Positions 12,948-29,242 of a DNA stretch of 64,000 nucleotides are shown piece after piece. The translations under genes were made by a program, and so were the position numbers. Numbering within the stretch: position 1 is the stretch's first letter; each line of letters begins with the position of its first letter. The stretch is from the human T2T-CHM13v2.0 reference genome, Homo sapiens. A model generated the notes under the pieces. It was given only the letters and a program-made list of their open reading frames with translations, was not told where the DNA came from and made no database searches. The stretch is from the NCBI RefSeq assembly GCF_009914755.1, contig NC_060942.1, one strand, 5' to 3'.

Positions 12948-13080
12948 CTGTAAAGAGAGGAGGATGGAAGGGGTGGTGACTGGGCGGAAGGGGGGATGGG
13001 AGGGGAGATGAGGACAGGGGCTCACATCATTGTCACTTATGAGGAGTCCGGTCTTCCTCCTTCTGCCATCCCCATGGCCC
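12730..13080. promoter_or_regulatory. Candidate CpG-retaining alternative promoter
   Basis: CCAAT (~12739), CRE-like TGACGTC (~12905), GC box GGGCGG (12982-12987) and a G-tract cluster at 12970-13020. Locally GC- and CpG-rich. Confidence 0.5.
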
Positions 13081-15179
13081 CTCCCTCTCCAACCACCATC
13101 AGAATCGCTTTTCTAACCATCATTACGCTCATTAATTTTTAAGGGTGACTGCTTGGCTGCGGCACCCCAACTGTCTGCCATTAGAAATAGAAATTTTGTG
13201 TGTGAGTTTCTTGCCTGTGAGGAAAAAAGATGTGTGTCACTCGACAAAGTCATGATTAGATGGAAATGTTAGAAATTAATTAATTGGAAGTGGGTAGGAA
13301 GACTTTTCTTAGCCCCCTCCAGATTAGTTAACATGAGACTCTAGTTACCCACAAGCTTCCAAGGAATCAGCTCTGTCTCAAGATTTTGTGTCTTAAAGAA
13401 ATTCCACAGCCTTTGGCATCCTATATCACAAACTCATCCAGGAATCACTGAACCCAAATGAAATTGTACATTTGTAAGGGTCACAAGCTTACACTGGCAA
13501 CATAACTGAAACACCAACTTAAACACAAAGTTAGGGACAGGCTCCCTGCTTTAAACTCAGAATTCCTAACTCACAGCCTAACTTTCTATGGCTTGCAGCT
13601 TTCCTTTCTTTAAAACAAAACAAACAAAAAGCACAAAAATATCAAACAACAACTAAGGGGGGAGCAGAGAAAGACAGTAACCAATAGAATCAAAAGGATA
13701 ATACACAGCACTGAGGCCCACCTACCCCATTTGAAAAAAAACTTCATCACACCACATCAGAAAAAAGCAGATTGGTTTTATTGATCCAATGAATTATTTA
13801 ATCATGTCTTCTTCCTTAAGTCTAGGTAATTTATAACAGTTTTTGAGATCTTTTGATACAGTACAAATATTATAAAGAATCAACTATATTTACTCAAAAT
13901 ATTGAAAATGGATACTTTCCCCAGCTTTAGGAGATGCCTGCTCATCCGAAGAGTGATTGAATGTTCTCGACAATTTATAATTTATTTTGCCTATTTAGAG
14001 ATGAGAAGGAGTTTAGGAAAGCACTCAAACCCTCCAAAGAACAACTATATGACTGCAAAATAGCTTAAAGGATTTATGTCCCAAAATGCTCATGACATTT
14101 TAGGCATTACTGAAAATTTACACTAAGAACAAGAAAAAGTTTAATCAAAATAGACCACACAATCCAGCCACTTTAAGGATTAAGTCAAGTTGTCATTTAT
14201 GTGAAGCTTCATGTAATGGTGGAAAAAATGAAATAGAGTACAGGCTAAGTTGGGTGAGAAAGTGTCCTACCTAAAATCTGCATGCCATTCCATTTACAGG
14301 CAAAGGCAATTTTACACAACACTAGGCAGATTGGATTCGTTGAAATGAAAGCTTTGTCTCTTAGCATGGGCCCTATCATCAATTCAAACATGTTCTCAGA
14401 ATGGTTTGATGATGCACTTGTTTTTGGCTTTTTTTTTTTCTTTTGAGGATTCAGTATGCTTCCCCCAGCTCTTCACCAATGAATTTGTCCTTTGGAAACT
14501 TTTAAGTATTGAATGAATCTTTCCATTCCCCAATGGATCCTATAATTTTTATGCTTAGTCCTTGTTAGCAAGGAACCTCATATCTGAAGTCAAGGAAAAA
14601 AAAAAAACAGAAAACATATTAACATCTTCCATAGCTATGTAGGAAGGGATCACCTTGTGTTTTGAATGAGTATATCTTTTCCTCAAGGAACAGACTCTAC
14701 ACATTTGCATTAATAAATTTCTATTTTCAAGCTCAATAGAAATTGCAGTACAAAAAGCAGATGTGTACGTTGGGCTCTTTCAAATTAAATTTCCAAAAGC
14801 AGAGCCTATTCTAGCTCAAGATCAAAGGAACTAAAACACGATCTCCTCCCCCTTCCAATATAATTACAGAGATTTCATTTCTTTTGTTACAATGAGCACA
14901 ACAGGTAAATCTTAAACCTGAGGGATAATGATCAGGTGCTACAGCTCAGCTTTGCTGGGTGGCTCAATCGCTCTGCTCAGTGCCCCTGCTGTTTAAACTA
15001 CCACTCTACAGGAAGATGGGAAATGCCTAGTGCTCTACTTTATTCTTGGAGATTTGTTTCCTTTTCCACATCAAGACTACGCAGAATAGCTCTGAGATGG
15101 ATACAACCCATTTTACAGCAGACTTGTTTCTAAAGAAGGGACATGTCCATCCTAAAACACAAACCAAGACAAAAAATTT

Positions 15180-15217
<38 letters not shown>

Positions 15218-15218
15218 T
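15180..15218. repeat. (TA)n(CA)n compound microsatellite
   Basis: Directly visible. Confidence 0.95.
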
Positions 15219-16529
15219 ATTTTCATACGTGTCTTTTATTGGTAGGCTACCTAAAAACCCTTTTGGAAGGATATGGGGTATAAATAATAAATAAGTGAGA
15301 ACTGACATGGTTGTGAAATGTCATATCCTGGCAGTCCTATAAAAGGACAAGACCCTAGGGAGGCAGAAGAAAGAGATGCAGCCACAGATCATCCAAAACT
15401 GAGGTTCCACAGAAAATCTGTTCCACTTCAGAATGATTAGCATCATCTACTTCTTTGGGGAAGACAGGTGAAGAGAGAACCAAATTTAAGTCAATACCCA
15501 CAAAAAGAGTGAACTTTGGGCAAGCACACCCTCTAGGCTTAAACATCCTTGAGAGCAACTGCATTCTACATTTGTATTTCCATCTCCCTTTTAAAATTCC
15601 TGGTACCTCATTTCATCCTTTGCTGCCCATAGGCATCTGTTCCCCTCTAATTATTTGCCATTTAGAAAAACTCTGCTTAAATTCCTTGTGCATCTGTCCC
15701 TTGCTTAGTGTATATTTGTGATGTTTCAATATGGTGCTTGATTTTAGAGCAGCCTTGCATGTAAGTACAAAAACTTTTCCAACCCAGAAAAATATTTCAA
15801 TACCCTCTCCCCTAAAGAGTATGCACAAAGTAAATTAAACACTACCAGTATTTTATAAAATAAATATGTACTTCTATATATATCATACTAATATACAAAC
15901 ATATACAAACACAGACACACAAAGACACAAACACAGACACACAAAGACACACACACACACTCCTCAAAGCTTCTAGTGTGTCTACCAACCAGTGTCATCA
16001 CAGTATAAATTCCAGTAACAATGTTCTTTCCCAAAATACAGTCTTTTACTTTTAAGGAGCTAAGGTTTCCTAGCTCCTGAATTATTTTTTGGTCATAGAT
16101 GAAATAAAACACTATTTTGCATGAAGATATCATTTCAAGGATATCTACCTCTTGAGAATATAAGGGGGAAAAAAACTTTAAAAACCAGACAGTTCAATAG
16201 CATCAAAAACCCCAAATCCAACAGGTTTAATTATTTCCTATATCTCTTCTACACACCCTTCCTTCTCCTTGCCCATTCCTTCATTCTTCCAGCTTCTTTT
16301 CCCTTTTCCATACTCCATTCCTTAAAGAAGAGGTACTGGATGAGGGGAAAACATTGGAAGGGGAGCCTGGAAATATGGCTTCTAAATTTCAGTTCTGCCA
16401 ATAGCTAGCTGTATGAGTGTCCATTTTCTCATCTGAATTAGAGTAAATGATTCCTCAGCTCCCTTGAGAAATAGTTACTATTAACTACATTAATAATAAG
16501 AATAATGATTTTCCCCGTGCCAAACACTT

Positions 16530-16740
16530 TGCAGTGTAGTGAGATGATTAGCAAAGTGGATCTGAGAGTCAAACCGCCTGGGTTTGAATCCTAGCTCCAA
16601 ACATCATCCCTGTTTCCAATGAACTGAGAACCCTGGCAAGTTACTAAATATCTTGATGCCTCCATCTTCTCATCAATGAAATAGGACTAGGAATAACATC
16701 TACATCATGCTATTGTTGTGAGGAACAAATAAGTGAAGAC
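16530..16740 (+). mobile_element. MIR SINE
   Basis: GAGTCAAACCGCCTGGGTTTGAATCCTAGCTCC ... GGCAAGTTACT ... TTGTTGTGAGGA. Confidence 0.85.
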
Positions 16741-16759
16741 ACTGAACGCCCTCAACATT

Positions 16760-16920
16760 TGTATTCATTCCTTCTCATCTGTCTCCACCTACAATGAAAG
16801 TTTACAGAAAAGGGAGTATCTTATGTTCACCACTATATTCACATAACCTAAAATAGTACCTGCTATTTGTATGGAATTGGTAAATGAAAAACTGTTCAGC
16901 GAATGAATGAATAAATGAAC
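16760..16920 (+). mobile_element. L2 LINE 3' end
   Basis: TGTTCACCACTATATTC ... ending in the GAATGAATGAATAAATGAA tail typical of L2. Confidence 0.7.
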
Positions 16921-17149
16921 AGACCAAGAAATGTGTTTTGTTCATCATGAGAACCAATGATTCTAAGACTAAATACTTAACTAGGTGTAATTTACATGGG
17001 ATTTTGCATGACCTCTGTCTTCAGGAAACTGATAATTTATTACGTGAATGAAAAGTGCAAACAACTATAAACAATAGAGAAAAATCACATTAGAAGTACA
17101 TAAAAGAAATACTTTGCCAAGTCAGATGAAAGACAACTCAACTCTGAGG

Positions 17150-17650
17150 GATGGAAAGTCAGTTCCTATTCCATGATTCCACCAAGAAAACTCTCTGAAA
17201 ATGTCAACAGTGACCACTAAAGTGGTTAAAGCCAAGAGACACTGTTGAGTACTCATCTTCCTTGATGACCAAAAAAGACACACCCATCCCCTCCTTCTTA
17301 AAAAACTATGCTTAGCATAGCTTCCATAACATCACATTTCCCTTCTCTCCCAGTCCCTGGCATGCTCTTTTGTTCTCAATTGAATGTCTTTAAATCTTGA
17401 AAATCCTTCTACTGCTAGGCTCAAGGCCCACCTGTTACTCAAGACTCCATAAGCAATCTCATACCATCAACTGGCATCTCTACAAACAGCTCTTCAACTG
17501 CAGACTCTCCACTCAGACATCTCTGATCTGCACACCCTTAAATTCAACTGTCTACTTCATGTCTTCACTTGACTGGTTAAAGGTACCTCAAAATTAACAC
17601 CAAACTCATGATCTTCTCCTTTCGACCTAGATATTTTCTAACATTCCTGG
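17150..17650 (+). mobile_element. Degenerate L2 body fragment
   Basis: C/T-rich L2-like tracts (e.g. TCAACTGTCTACTTCATGTCTTCACTTGA ... ACCTCAAAATTAAC). Boundaries approximate. Confidence 0.55.
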
Positions 17651-18565
17651 GGTTTTACAGAAACTAAAGAAGAAATGAGGTTACATTTGTTAAGAATCTC
17701 CTATTTCTTAGCTTCTCTGCTAGATGCATGCATCTTATTTAATTTTCATTACTATGCTCTATCATTATCTTCATTTTTAAGAGTATTAAAGCTCAGATAA
17801 ACCACCTCCATTTCATCACAGAGCATGGATTTCAGGCTACATAGCTCAAAATTAAGAGGATAAACAATGTTTGGTGTCAAAAAACAATCTTAATCCCTTA
17901 GTTGGAGCCTTATTGCCTTGAAGGGGTTGTCACACGGTAAGCTTCCTGACTCTTACTGGAGAGAGATTTTGGTGAACTGATGAGAGGTCTACTCTGGAGA
18001 AGGAGGAGAAGATATATAACATCTTAATAGAGCAAAACAGACAACAAAAAAGAGAAAAGTTACAGAAAATAAATATAAGTGGGAAAAAAACTAATTAAGC
18101 AAAACTGTAAAAACCGAGCATATTAAATATATTTTGTCAATGAAAAGTTACAATGATGCAAATTTTTTAAATGCATAAATATATCCATAGCAAATATAGG
18201 AAAAAAGAACCATCAAAGGCCCACAGACGGCATATAAGTGAAATGAACCCTTAGCAGGGTTGTCTAAAGTGAAAAAAACCTCACCTAGTAGTTGAATCTC
18301 TCTGGCCAGGGCCCTGGGCCATCCACACAACACCAGGACCAGAAATTTCATGGAGTCTTCTCCTCTATTCTCCTTTGTGGGTCCCCACAGAAGTTCCAAG
18401 TCCTGCCACGTTTTTGCCCAACATGAATGACTATACTTCACACCTGGCTTAGGACAAAACATGTTCCCTTCCCATGTACTAGGTGAAATATCAGACTCTG
18501 GGATTGCTCTCACTCAAGAAGAAACTTCCATCTCTTCCATGAGAACTCCTAAAAAGCCCATTTGG

Positions 18566-18876
<311 letters not shown>

Positions 18877-20155
18877 CAATTTGGTCAGTTCATCAGTGAG
18901 TCCTCATCAATCCAGGTGACTTGCTCCCCACCTCCAAATCCTGAAGATTCCACTATTTAGGTCTTGACATGATCTATCAGAAACTATCACAGTTTGGCTT
19001 ACTCAGCTATTCACAGACACGTAATGGTTGCCTGTCTCCTTGGAGTGAGGACCTCTGTGATTGGAATTCCTCTTTTTGCATATGGACGACTGGGGGTTAC
19101 CAGACAGAGGAAACTAGACATGTTGATGTTAAATGTTACGTGGTATATTTTTAAATATAATATTAATATTAGAACATTCATCTCTCTGTATTCACAGCTT
19201 CAGACCTTTGATGTCTCCAGCTGTCAGGGAAAAATACTTTTCTGGCAGAGGGAAAAGTAGATCAGGCACTCTTATCTCTATCAATCACAAACAGATCCCG
19301 TTGCATTTTCTGGCTCACTGGAGAGAATTTCTCCCTTCCAGTACTTGCCATGCCATACAAACTATGATTTGTAACAGGAAAGGACCCTGAGTAAGTGGGA
19401 GGAAGCAGAATGGATAAAAGGCTGTTCACCTTTTAGCTCTCATCCAGAGGCCACAACCCTGGCAAAGCCAATAATTTCCAAGTTTTCCAACAGCAAACTG
19501 GAAGAGGCAGATTTTTAGAGCACAAACAATTGCATTTGGGCTCCCAATTTAAAAATGACACTTGCAAGCCACACAAACCTCCAAAGCAGATGCCCTACTG
19601 AAGATACATGGGTGACCCAAGATCACGCAGCTACTGAGCAATGACATTAAGGAATCAAACCCTACTGGGACTCCAAATTCCCAGCTCTTCCCATGCCTGC
19701 ACTTATGAAGACAGAAGCAGAAAGCAGGAAAAAAAAAAGAGTAGTGAGCGAAACAGAAGGCAAGTTAGACGTTTTTAACATTGTGGATGTTGAGGGAGAC
19801 AGGTTTTAAAAGACAAAACGAACAGGGCTAGAAAAAAATCATGGAATTTGCTGTGCCACTCTAGGAGATGCCAAACTGCCTTGGAAACTAAGTAGTTTTT
19901 TGGGAAAGTTGCTGGAATATATCATACTGAGGTATTGACACATAGGCCTGAAGTGGGTCCCAACTTTCACATCATCCCAGGAGATTTGAAGTAAGTGATC
20001 ACATTTCGCCGAGAAACCACACTTTGATAATCACTGCCAGAGAAGAGAGGATCCATTTGCACATTTTGAAGCAAAGGGAAAAGGAGTCAGGGGAAAGACA
20101 GATGATGAAAGAAAATAGAGTTATGAAAAGAAAGGTCCCAGGAGACACAAGTTAG

Positions 20156-20735
<580 letters not shown>

Positions 20736-20921
20736 TGAACGGTGAAGACTTGGAGTAAACAAGATGGCGGCAGGCGGTGATGAGAAAAAAAGATGAGTTG
20801 GACCCAGGTCAGGAGAGGAGATGAAGCGTTAAGACTGCAGGTGCTGGTGGTATCTCTCAAGATCCACTGTTTCTTTGATTTCAATAAATTTTACTGTGGC
20901 ACAAACTGGGTTTCAAAATCA

Positions 20922-21450
<529 letters not shown>

Positions 21451-22234
21451 TTATTCATCCTCTTCATGAAGTAAGTAGCAGGGAGGAAGGAGAAAACCTA
21501 GCCCCACTGAAGACTTACTGTGCTTCAAATCTTACACTGGGCACTTTACCCTATACAACCTTGTAAGGTTGGCCTTGTTATCTCCATCCCACACACACAG
21601 AAAGGGAGACTGGGGAGTTTAAGTGCTTGAGCCAGGATGCAAACTCACATGTCAGTGAGTGTGGAAACAGGGTCTCCCAAAAAGTAAACAAACTAGATTC
21701 ATCATCTGTCAGAGAAACTCACTCCTCTACTCGCCCCTCTCCACTGAACATACATGCTACACCGATTCTACTTTAATTCTGATTCTCTAAATTGCTTCTA
21801 AGTGCTTTCCTAATATTTTGCTCAAATTTGTGAAAGATTGTAAACTACTATGGGTGTAAACACTGACCTGAATTCCACAGAGGAGTCTAATTCCAGGCCA
21901 GCAGTGTGCTTGGCAAATACAAGTCCTCACCAGATGCACATATTTCTATTAATAAAGCAACAGGTCTACACTCATCAGCCTCACTTATCACTTATTAAAA
22001 AATAATGATGACAATATTTTCCCTTGATTTTGTGACCTGTAATCATGCTTCTTGTAAGGTCTTTTTAAAAAGATTCTTGCTGTGGTTTAGCAGTGTGCTG
22101 AAATACATGTTTTTAAAAAAGTAAAAAAAGTGCAGTAGTGAATTCGGTAGTCATATCATCTCGATAACTTATATTTATATCTAATACTTCTAACCTGTCA
22201 CATCTACCTGTGTTGCCCACCAGAGAAATAAAGT

Positions 22235-22460
22235 CTGATGGTTAAGAACACATGTTGCAGAGTCTGGCAGAACTGTGTGCTAAGCCCAAAACATACCAGT
22301 GACCAAGAGTGGGTCCTCCATCTGGATTATTTTAACCTTTCTGTCCCTCCTACCTTCCTTATGGGTAAAATGCAGATAACAAATGCTCCTCACAAACAGT
22401 TGCTATTAGATAAAATTTGCAAACAGCAGCACAGTGTTTGGCACATAGATAACTAGCAGC
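22235..22460 (+). mobile_element. MIR SINE
   Basis: GATGGTTAAGAACACA ... GTAAAATG ... GCACAGTGTTTGGCACATAG. Confidence 0.75.
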
Positions 22461-23435
22461 TACTGTTCCCAGATTAGGATAATATCAATAAACATGTATG
22501 GGCTTTAGCAATAAACATTACAGACACTGTTGGACAAAAGTGACTATCACTATTTACAATTTAGCGTTAATGGACCACGGATTTACTTTGCTGTTATGTG
22601 GACAAGTAAGCTTTATATTTGTACCACAGATACAAAGACCAGACATTGATCTGGACTGTTTTGAAAATACATGCCTCTGGTGATATGGACTGAGAGACCA
22701 GAGAGCCAGGAGATTAAATGCCTCGCCAAATATACCCAACTGTGTGTGCTGCTGATGACAGCAATGTCTATGCAAGAGGCGGCACACGTTTTCAACTTTA
22801 CATATTTGCATTATGTTACGAGGGAAACTATATCACATTAGTGGCTCCCCAGGCTTTTCACTTTTGCTATTCTATTTTAGTTCCAAGCAAGCCTCCTTGG
22901 TTTTATGAGCTCTTCTCTCTGCACCTTTCTCCCTGCTTGTGTCCCTTATGTGCCCAATCATCCATGCGCACGACACTGACAGAGCCATTTCCTCTTCAGC
23001 TGTTACCCTTGAGTAGTTTTCCAGTCCTTTGTAGGCTAACACTTTAAGGCATAATTCCTACCCACTTGCAACTTTTATTCTAAAGGAAATAAAACAAATC
23101 AGCCTAAGATTGCCAGAGTAAAACAATTTTTTCAAATGCTTGTCATACACAAAATAGTCTCATTCAATGGTCTTAATGTATAGGGCAAATAAACGAAAGC
23201 AAATCTTCTCTATTCACTATGCTCAACTACATTTCTCCTTTTGCTTCTATGCACTGACTTCTAGTATCCTCTGCTCTTTATTAATTCTGCCAAAAAAAGT
23301 GTTCATTGTAATAAAAACTCCTTATTTACAATAATTCATCTTGAGTGACAAGCAAATGTCTACTTCAATCACTATGTAGAATTTTTTTGTTTGCTGGCTG
23401 CATGATAAAATCTTGAGATGTTTCTGTTATTGTGA

Positions 23436-23813
<378 letters not shown>

Positions 23814-23848
23814 AGGAATACAGGACATTCTGATCACCTCTCAAGTAT

Positions 23849-23850
<2 letters not shown>

Positions 23851-23898
<48 letters not shown>
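23851..23898. repeat. (GT)n microsatellite
   Basis: Pure run of about 24 units at the tail end of an L1 fragment. Confidence 0.98.
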
Positions 23899-23900
<2 letters not shown>

Positions 23901-24165
23901 TTTAATTTTTGTAGGTACATAGTGGGTATATATGAGGTATATGAGATATTTTCATATAGGCTTATAATGTGTAATAATCATATATGGGTAAATGGAGTAC
24001 CCATCAACTCAAGCATTTATCCTTTATGTTACAAACAATACAATTATACTCTTCCAGTTATTTTTAAATGTACTATTAAATTATTATTGATTATAATCAC
24101 CCTGTTGTGCCATCAAATACTAGATCTTATTCATTCTTCCAACTCTTTTTTGGTAGCCATTAAGG
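23899..24165 (-). mobile_element. L1 3' end fragment (L1MA-like)
   Basis: TTTTGTAGGTACATAGT ... AATGGAGTACCCATCAACTCAAGCATTTATCCTTT ... CAAATACTAGATCTTATTCATTCT resembles an antisense L1MA 3'UTR. Confidence 0.85.
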
Positions 24166-24549
24166 TCAAGTATTCTTATTTAACAAATAAACCTTCTACT
24201 CTTAAGTTCTACTCTGGTGAACTTGAAATACTGATTGCACTAAACTGTAGCACCTTCTCTCAAATGTGGTTTGCTTGCTTGCTTAGCCCAATGCCTGATG
24301 CAATGTGAGTGAGCAATAAATATAAATGATAGGTAACCTTCAACTTTACCTGTAAATATGTTGAGTTAAGAATAAGTCTATCTGTAGTTATCAGCTGAGG
24401 ACTGGAAATGATTGCAAACTTATTTTTATTAAATAGTCTTAGATTTGGCTCCATGATATTGGCAAATGCTGAGTCTGTAACCATTTGGACTACACATACT
24501 TCTGACCCATTTTCAAAACCACTAGTGCCATGTTTACTGTTTGTCTCTT

Positions 24550-25115
24550 CCCCATTTGAATAAAATCTCCACAAGGGCAGGCATTATTTTCTGCCTTGTT
24601 TCCTGAAGCCAAGTACCTGACACATAGTGCTGAGTATGTATTTGCAGAATGAATGATAAACACTGAAACATGGCTTGTACAGCCCTTCATGAGCTGGCTC
24701 TCATGTTCATGTAGAGCCTACTCCTCATACCCTTCCTCTTCCAGTGATGGGAAGGAGAAATGCACAGTCCTCTCTCTACTTGTAGCCTTCTTTAGATCTG
24801 GCTGCCATGACTCAAACACGCCTCCATCCATTCCCATGCCAGCTCCCTCTGGCTGGCTGTTTTCCTGATCACTCAGATCTGAACTTAAATGTCAACTACC
24901 CTGAGTTTCTCTGTGCTATGTCCCTCCCTGTAAGGAGCTCCCACAGGACCCTATATTTCTCTTGGCCTGTTCACTACATCCTGTGTCTTACAGCAGACAA
25001 AAAGCAACTCCAAGTATGTGGTGATAAAGGGTGTATCTCCAACACCAAGCTGTGCAAGTATGTGACACAAGTCTGATGCTCAATAAGCATCTGAGGAATA
25101 GACTTAATGAATGAC
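24550..25115 (+). mobile_element. L2 3' fragments (two pieces)
   Basis: CTCCACAAGGGCAGG ... CCTGACACATAG ... GAATGAATG, and a second end GCTCAATAAGCATCTGAGGAAT ... AATGAATG. Confidence 0.6.
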
Positions 25116-26744
25116 TCAATACTATCTATGAAAGAATCATAAGAAGCACCTACCTACATCCAGAAAAACTGATAGTAATCACTACATGATACAAGTCAAA
25201 TAAGCTTACAAACAACATAACTTAAAATCCAATTATGCAATATGTTTTGAGTCTTTCCAAAAGTTATGGGTATTCTTGAACCATTAATAGTGAGATATGC
25301 CTTCAAATAAACCACCAATCAAGATTCTGTGATTAGAAAAAAGTTCCTGGGTAAAGAAATGGTTATTAACATCCAGAGAAATAATTTTATATGATTAATA
25401 ATTTAACTACTTTATTCATTAAAATAAAACAGCTTTAATTCCCCGTAAAGGTTACATTTTCAACTTCCCCAAAATTCTCAATAAAAGCAGGTTTTAATAA
25501 TTTCAATGGTAAAATGGTATTCTATGATGTAAGAAAACAAGTAAATAAAATTTCTAAATTCCATACATTTTCTTTCTGTTTGGGCCACATATTACAAGAC
25601 ACAGAGGAAACATTAACCGATTTTCTCTCTGCATCTTAATTTTCTTAAATATACAGAATTCAACAGAAGCACAAAAGAAGCAAAATGAAAGATATATGAA
25701 ATCTAAGAGGTGAAGGTCTACCACCACAGTCAAAATGTTAGCCGGGGACCTCATAGGAGCCTATGAAATTGCAGTGCTGAGCAGCCTGAGGTCAGGTCTG
25801 TATCCAGAATGTGAACAAAACATTACCTGTATGTGAAAAACCCACACAGACAAAAACAGTTTTATTATTCCAAAGGTCACTGGACATATAACTAAATATC
25901 TTTATTATCCACGTCACTATTTTACAGACTGAACAGCAACAACAACAACAACAAAACTCATAAAATCAAACAACTTGGAGTTTGTATTTCTTTTACAGAA
26001 CAGACAGCCTTAAAAAGTCTTTGACTGCACAAAATAAGTCCTAGAAGATAGCAGAGATAATATTAGAAAGTGTAACAAAATCACCCAAGTCCCTGAGAAA
26101 AACATTCATGCCTACAACCAATTTTGAAGCTAATTTCTTAGCATCCTTAGCTATTTCCCTAACCATTTTGCATAAGGCAAAGATTCCCACTTCACTGTTG
26201 CTTGGTCTTAGCTACACATTACAAAAAATAATGAATGGGGGTTCTTTTCGAAATATTTATAATGCTGACTTCCCTCTAATTTGGCTTGCCTTTTTTCTAA
26301 ATTGGTAAAAATCTGCTAACCCTTTTTCCTTTAATACAAGAAAAATCACACCTACCACATACGTATGATGTTGAATTGTGAATCTACAGCAATGAAGGTT
26401 TCATTCACAACATTATTATAGAAGCAAATCTTTAGGGCCAGTAGATTAAATCTATCAATTTGATGAACAATTAAAATATAAAAGAGGGATAATTTCAGCC
26501 CATTCTCTCTCTCAATGGAAATATGCACGATTTTAACATATTAGAAGTTATCCATTTTCTTTGATCTAAAAATTATTAATTTTTTGCACACAAATATCTT
26601 AGTGGTAAATAATTAGGTGCTAAGTAGGTGATGATTCACTTTTCCTGAGTGAAAAAGGATTTAAAAATAAGTATTGAGTTCAAGAAAAAATAACAATTTT
26701 GAAAACAAAATTGACAATTTTTTGAAGCAATGTGTAGGTCAGAA

Positions 26745-26880
26745 ATTCCTGTTTAAATAACAGAAGCCTAGATCCCAGCCCAGGCCTCTAAACACAGAAT
26801 CTCACAGACGGAGCCCAGGCATCTGCAGTGTATGAATGGGCCACATGTTACTCAGATGCACAGCAAGGTTGAAGAACTGC
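26745..26880. mobile_element. MER5-like hAT-Charlie fossil
   Basis: CAGAATCTC ... GAGCCCAGGCATCTGCA ... GATGCACAGCAAGGTTGAAGAACTGC. Confidence 0.6.
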
Positions 26881-26910
26881 AAAGTGCAATCTTATTTCTC
26901 ATGGGGTTCA

Positions 26911-27354
<444 letters not shown>

Positions 27355-28821
27355 CTAGAGGCCTCTGCTCAGCCCCTCACTCTCTCCTCTCATTAGTCAC
27401 TCAGCCATTGAGGTGGGGTTGGTATTGCTATGATTATAGTTGTCTCGCACATGTTAGTACCCCCTCAATAAGATGGCAAACTCACCCAGGGCAGGGACCA
27501 AGTCTGACAGTCCCCAGAAGAGTGATCTATTCCCAGAAAAAAAGCCAACCAAACTGCAACTCACTCTACATAAAAAAACGCAAATGTGAAAAAAGAAAGT
27601 GATGTAGCTCAATGGACCCTTCTCCATTGGATGAAGTCTAACAGCTTTCAGAGACACCTGAACATGGAACATTACATATGAGAATCAAGGGACCACGGGA
27701 GTCTGTTTCAACTAAAAGACACCACCTGCAGTCCTGGTAGGAAAGGTAGCACTGGAGATTAATTTTACCAGAAGACTTTTGGCCATGGGAACAAGGACTA
27801 CAGGACAAAACTGTGTACTGGATGAAAGTTTCTTCAGCCCTCTCCTACACACTCAGAAGCAGCTTCTCTGAAACATTCCATACTCCAGTCCCACACAGCT
27901 GTTACAGTAGTATCTGAAGGTGAGAAGAAGGGACCGAAGTGAAGCTCCCTCCTCATAACAGTGTTTGCATTAATGAGTATCTTAAAGTATTCTTTGAACA
28001 CTAAGCAAAGACAGATTAATGCTGAGAACAGAAATTGAAAGGTGTTTTTAGTAAGCCCAGTTTTGCTGAGCCCTAAAATTGACAGAGGCCAAGAGAAGGG
28101 AGTGGGTGGTTCAAATAGAGATGGGAGTTATCAGCCTGGGATGGAGGTGTGTGCACCAGGGCGGGGCAGTGGTTGAAAGGCAGGGGGTGGGAAAATGAAG
28201 AAAGGAAAAAGTACTTTTGAAAGTATAGCCTCTTGCTCAGGGCAAAAACTTCATGAATTCCAAAACAGTAGGAGGTTGAGGGGTTTGCAAATTCCTTCGT
28301 GGCCACTGGTGGGGAGCAACAAACAAGGAGTTTTGTTTGCAGCACAGGGGATGGAGGAGAGCTTGGGAAGAGAGGGATCCACATCTGAGGATAAGGGCAA
28401 AAAGCAGGCACCACGCTGAGGACAGCACAGCACACTGAGCCAGCAACAAAGGAGGCTGCCCCTCTCCAGACCTTTGCCCATCAAGTAGCTGGTTAAAAGC
28501 AAGACCAGGGATGATGAACACACTGAAATCAATGCCTGGAAAGAGGTGGGGTTGCTTATATGAGTGAGGAAGAAGTGACTTCAAAAACCCTCAGAAAGTA
28601 TCTAGCTTTTCCATCCCAGTAGTCCAGGATCTAGCGCACTCCCTGGCACTAAGAAGCATCCATCCAGTAAATACTGGCCCAATCAAGGACTCAGTGATCA
28701 CCTAGGACACAAAAATCATCCTTAATAAGCACAGTAAACATTCAACGCTGGGCATAATGGGTAACTCGAAAAGAACTTAGCAGGAAAGATGTCTTGGTTA
28801 TTCAAGGCCACTTAAACGATC

Positions 28822-29242
<421 letters not shown>

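Noticed and set aside
11200-13100. Attempt to name the host gene or find a known miRNA/snoRNA
   Set aside because: No coding exon or mature miRNA sequence that I recognise, so any gene symbol would be a guess.
23853-24308. 151-aa ORF
   Set aside because: Starts in a (GT)n repeat and runs through an antisense L1 3'UTR.
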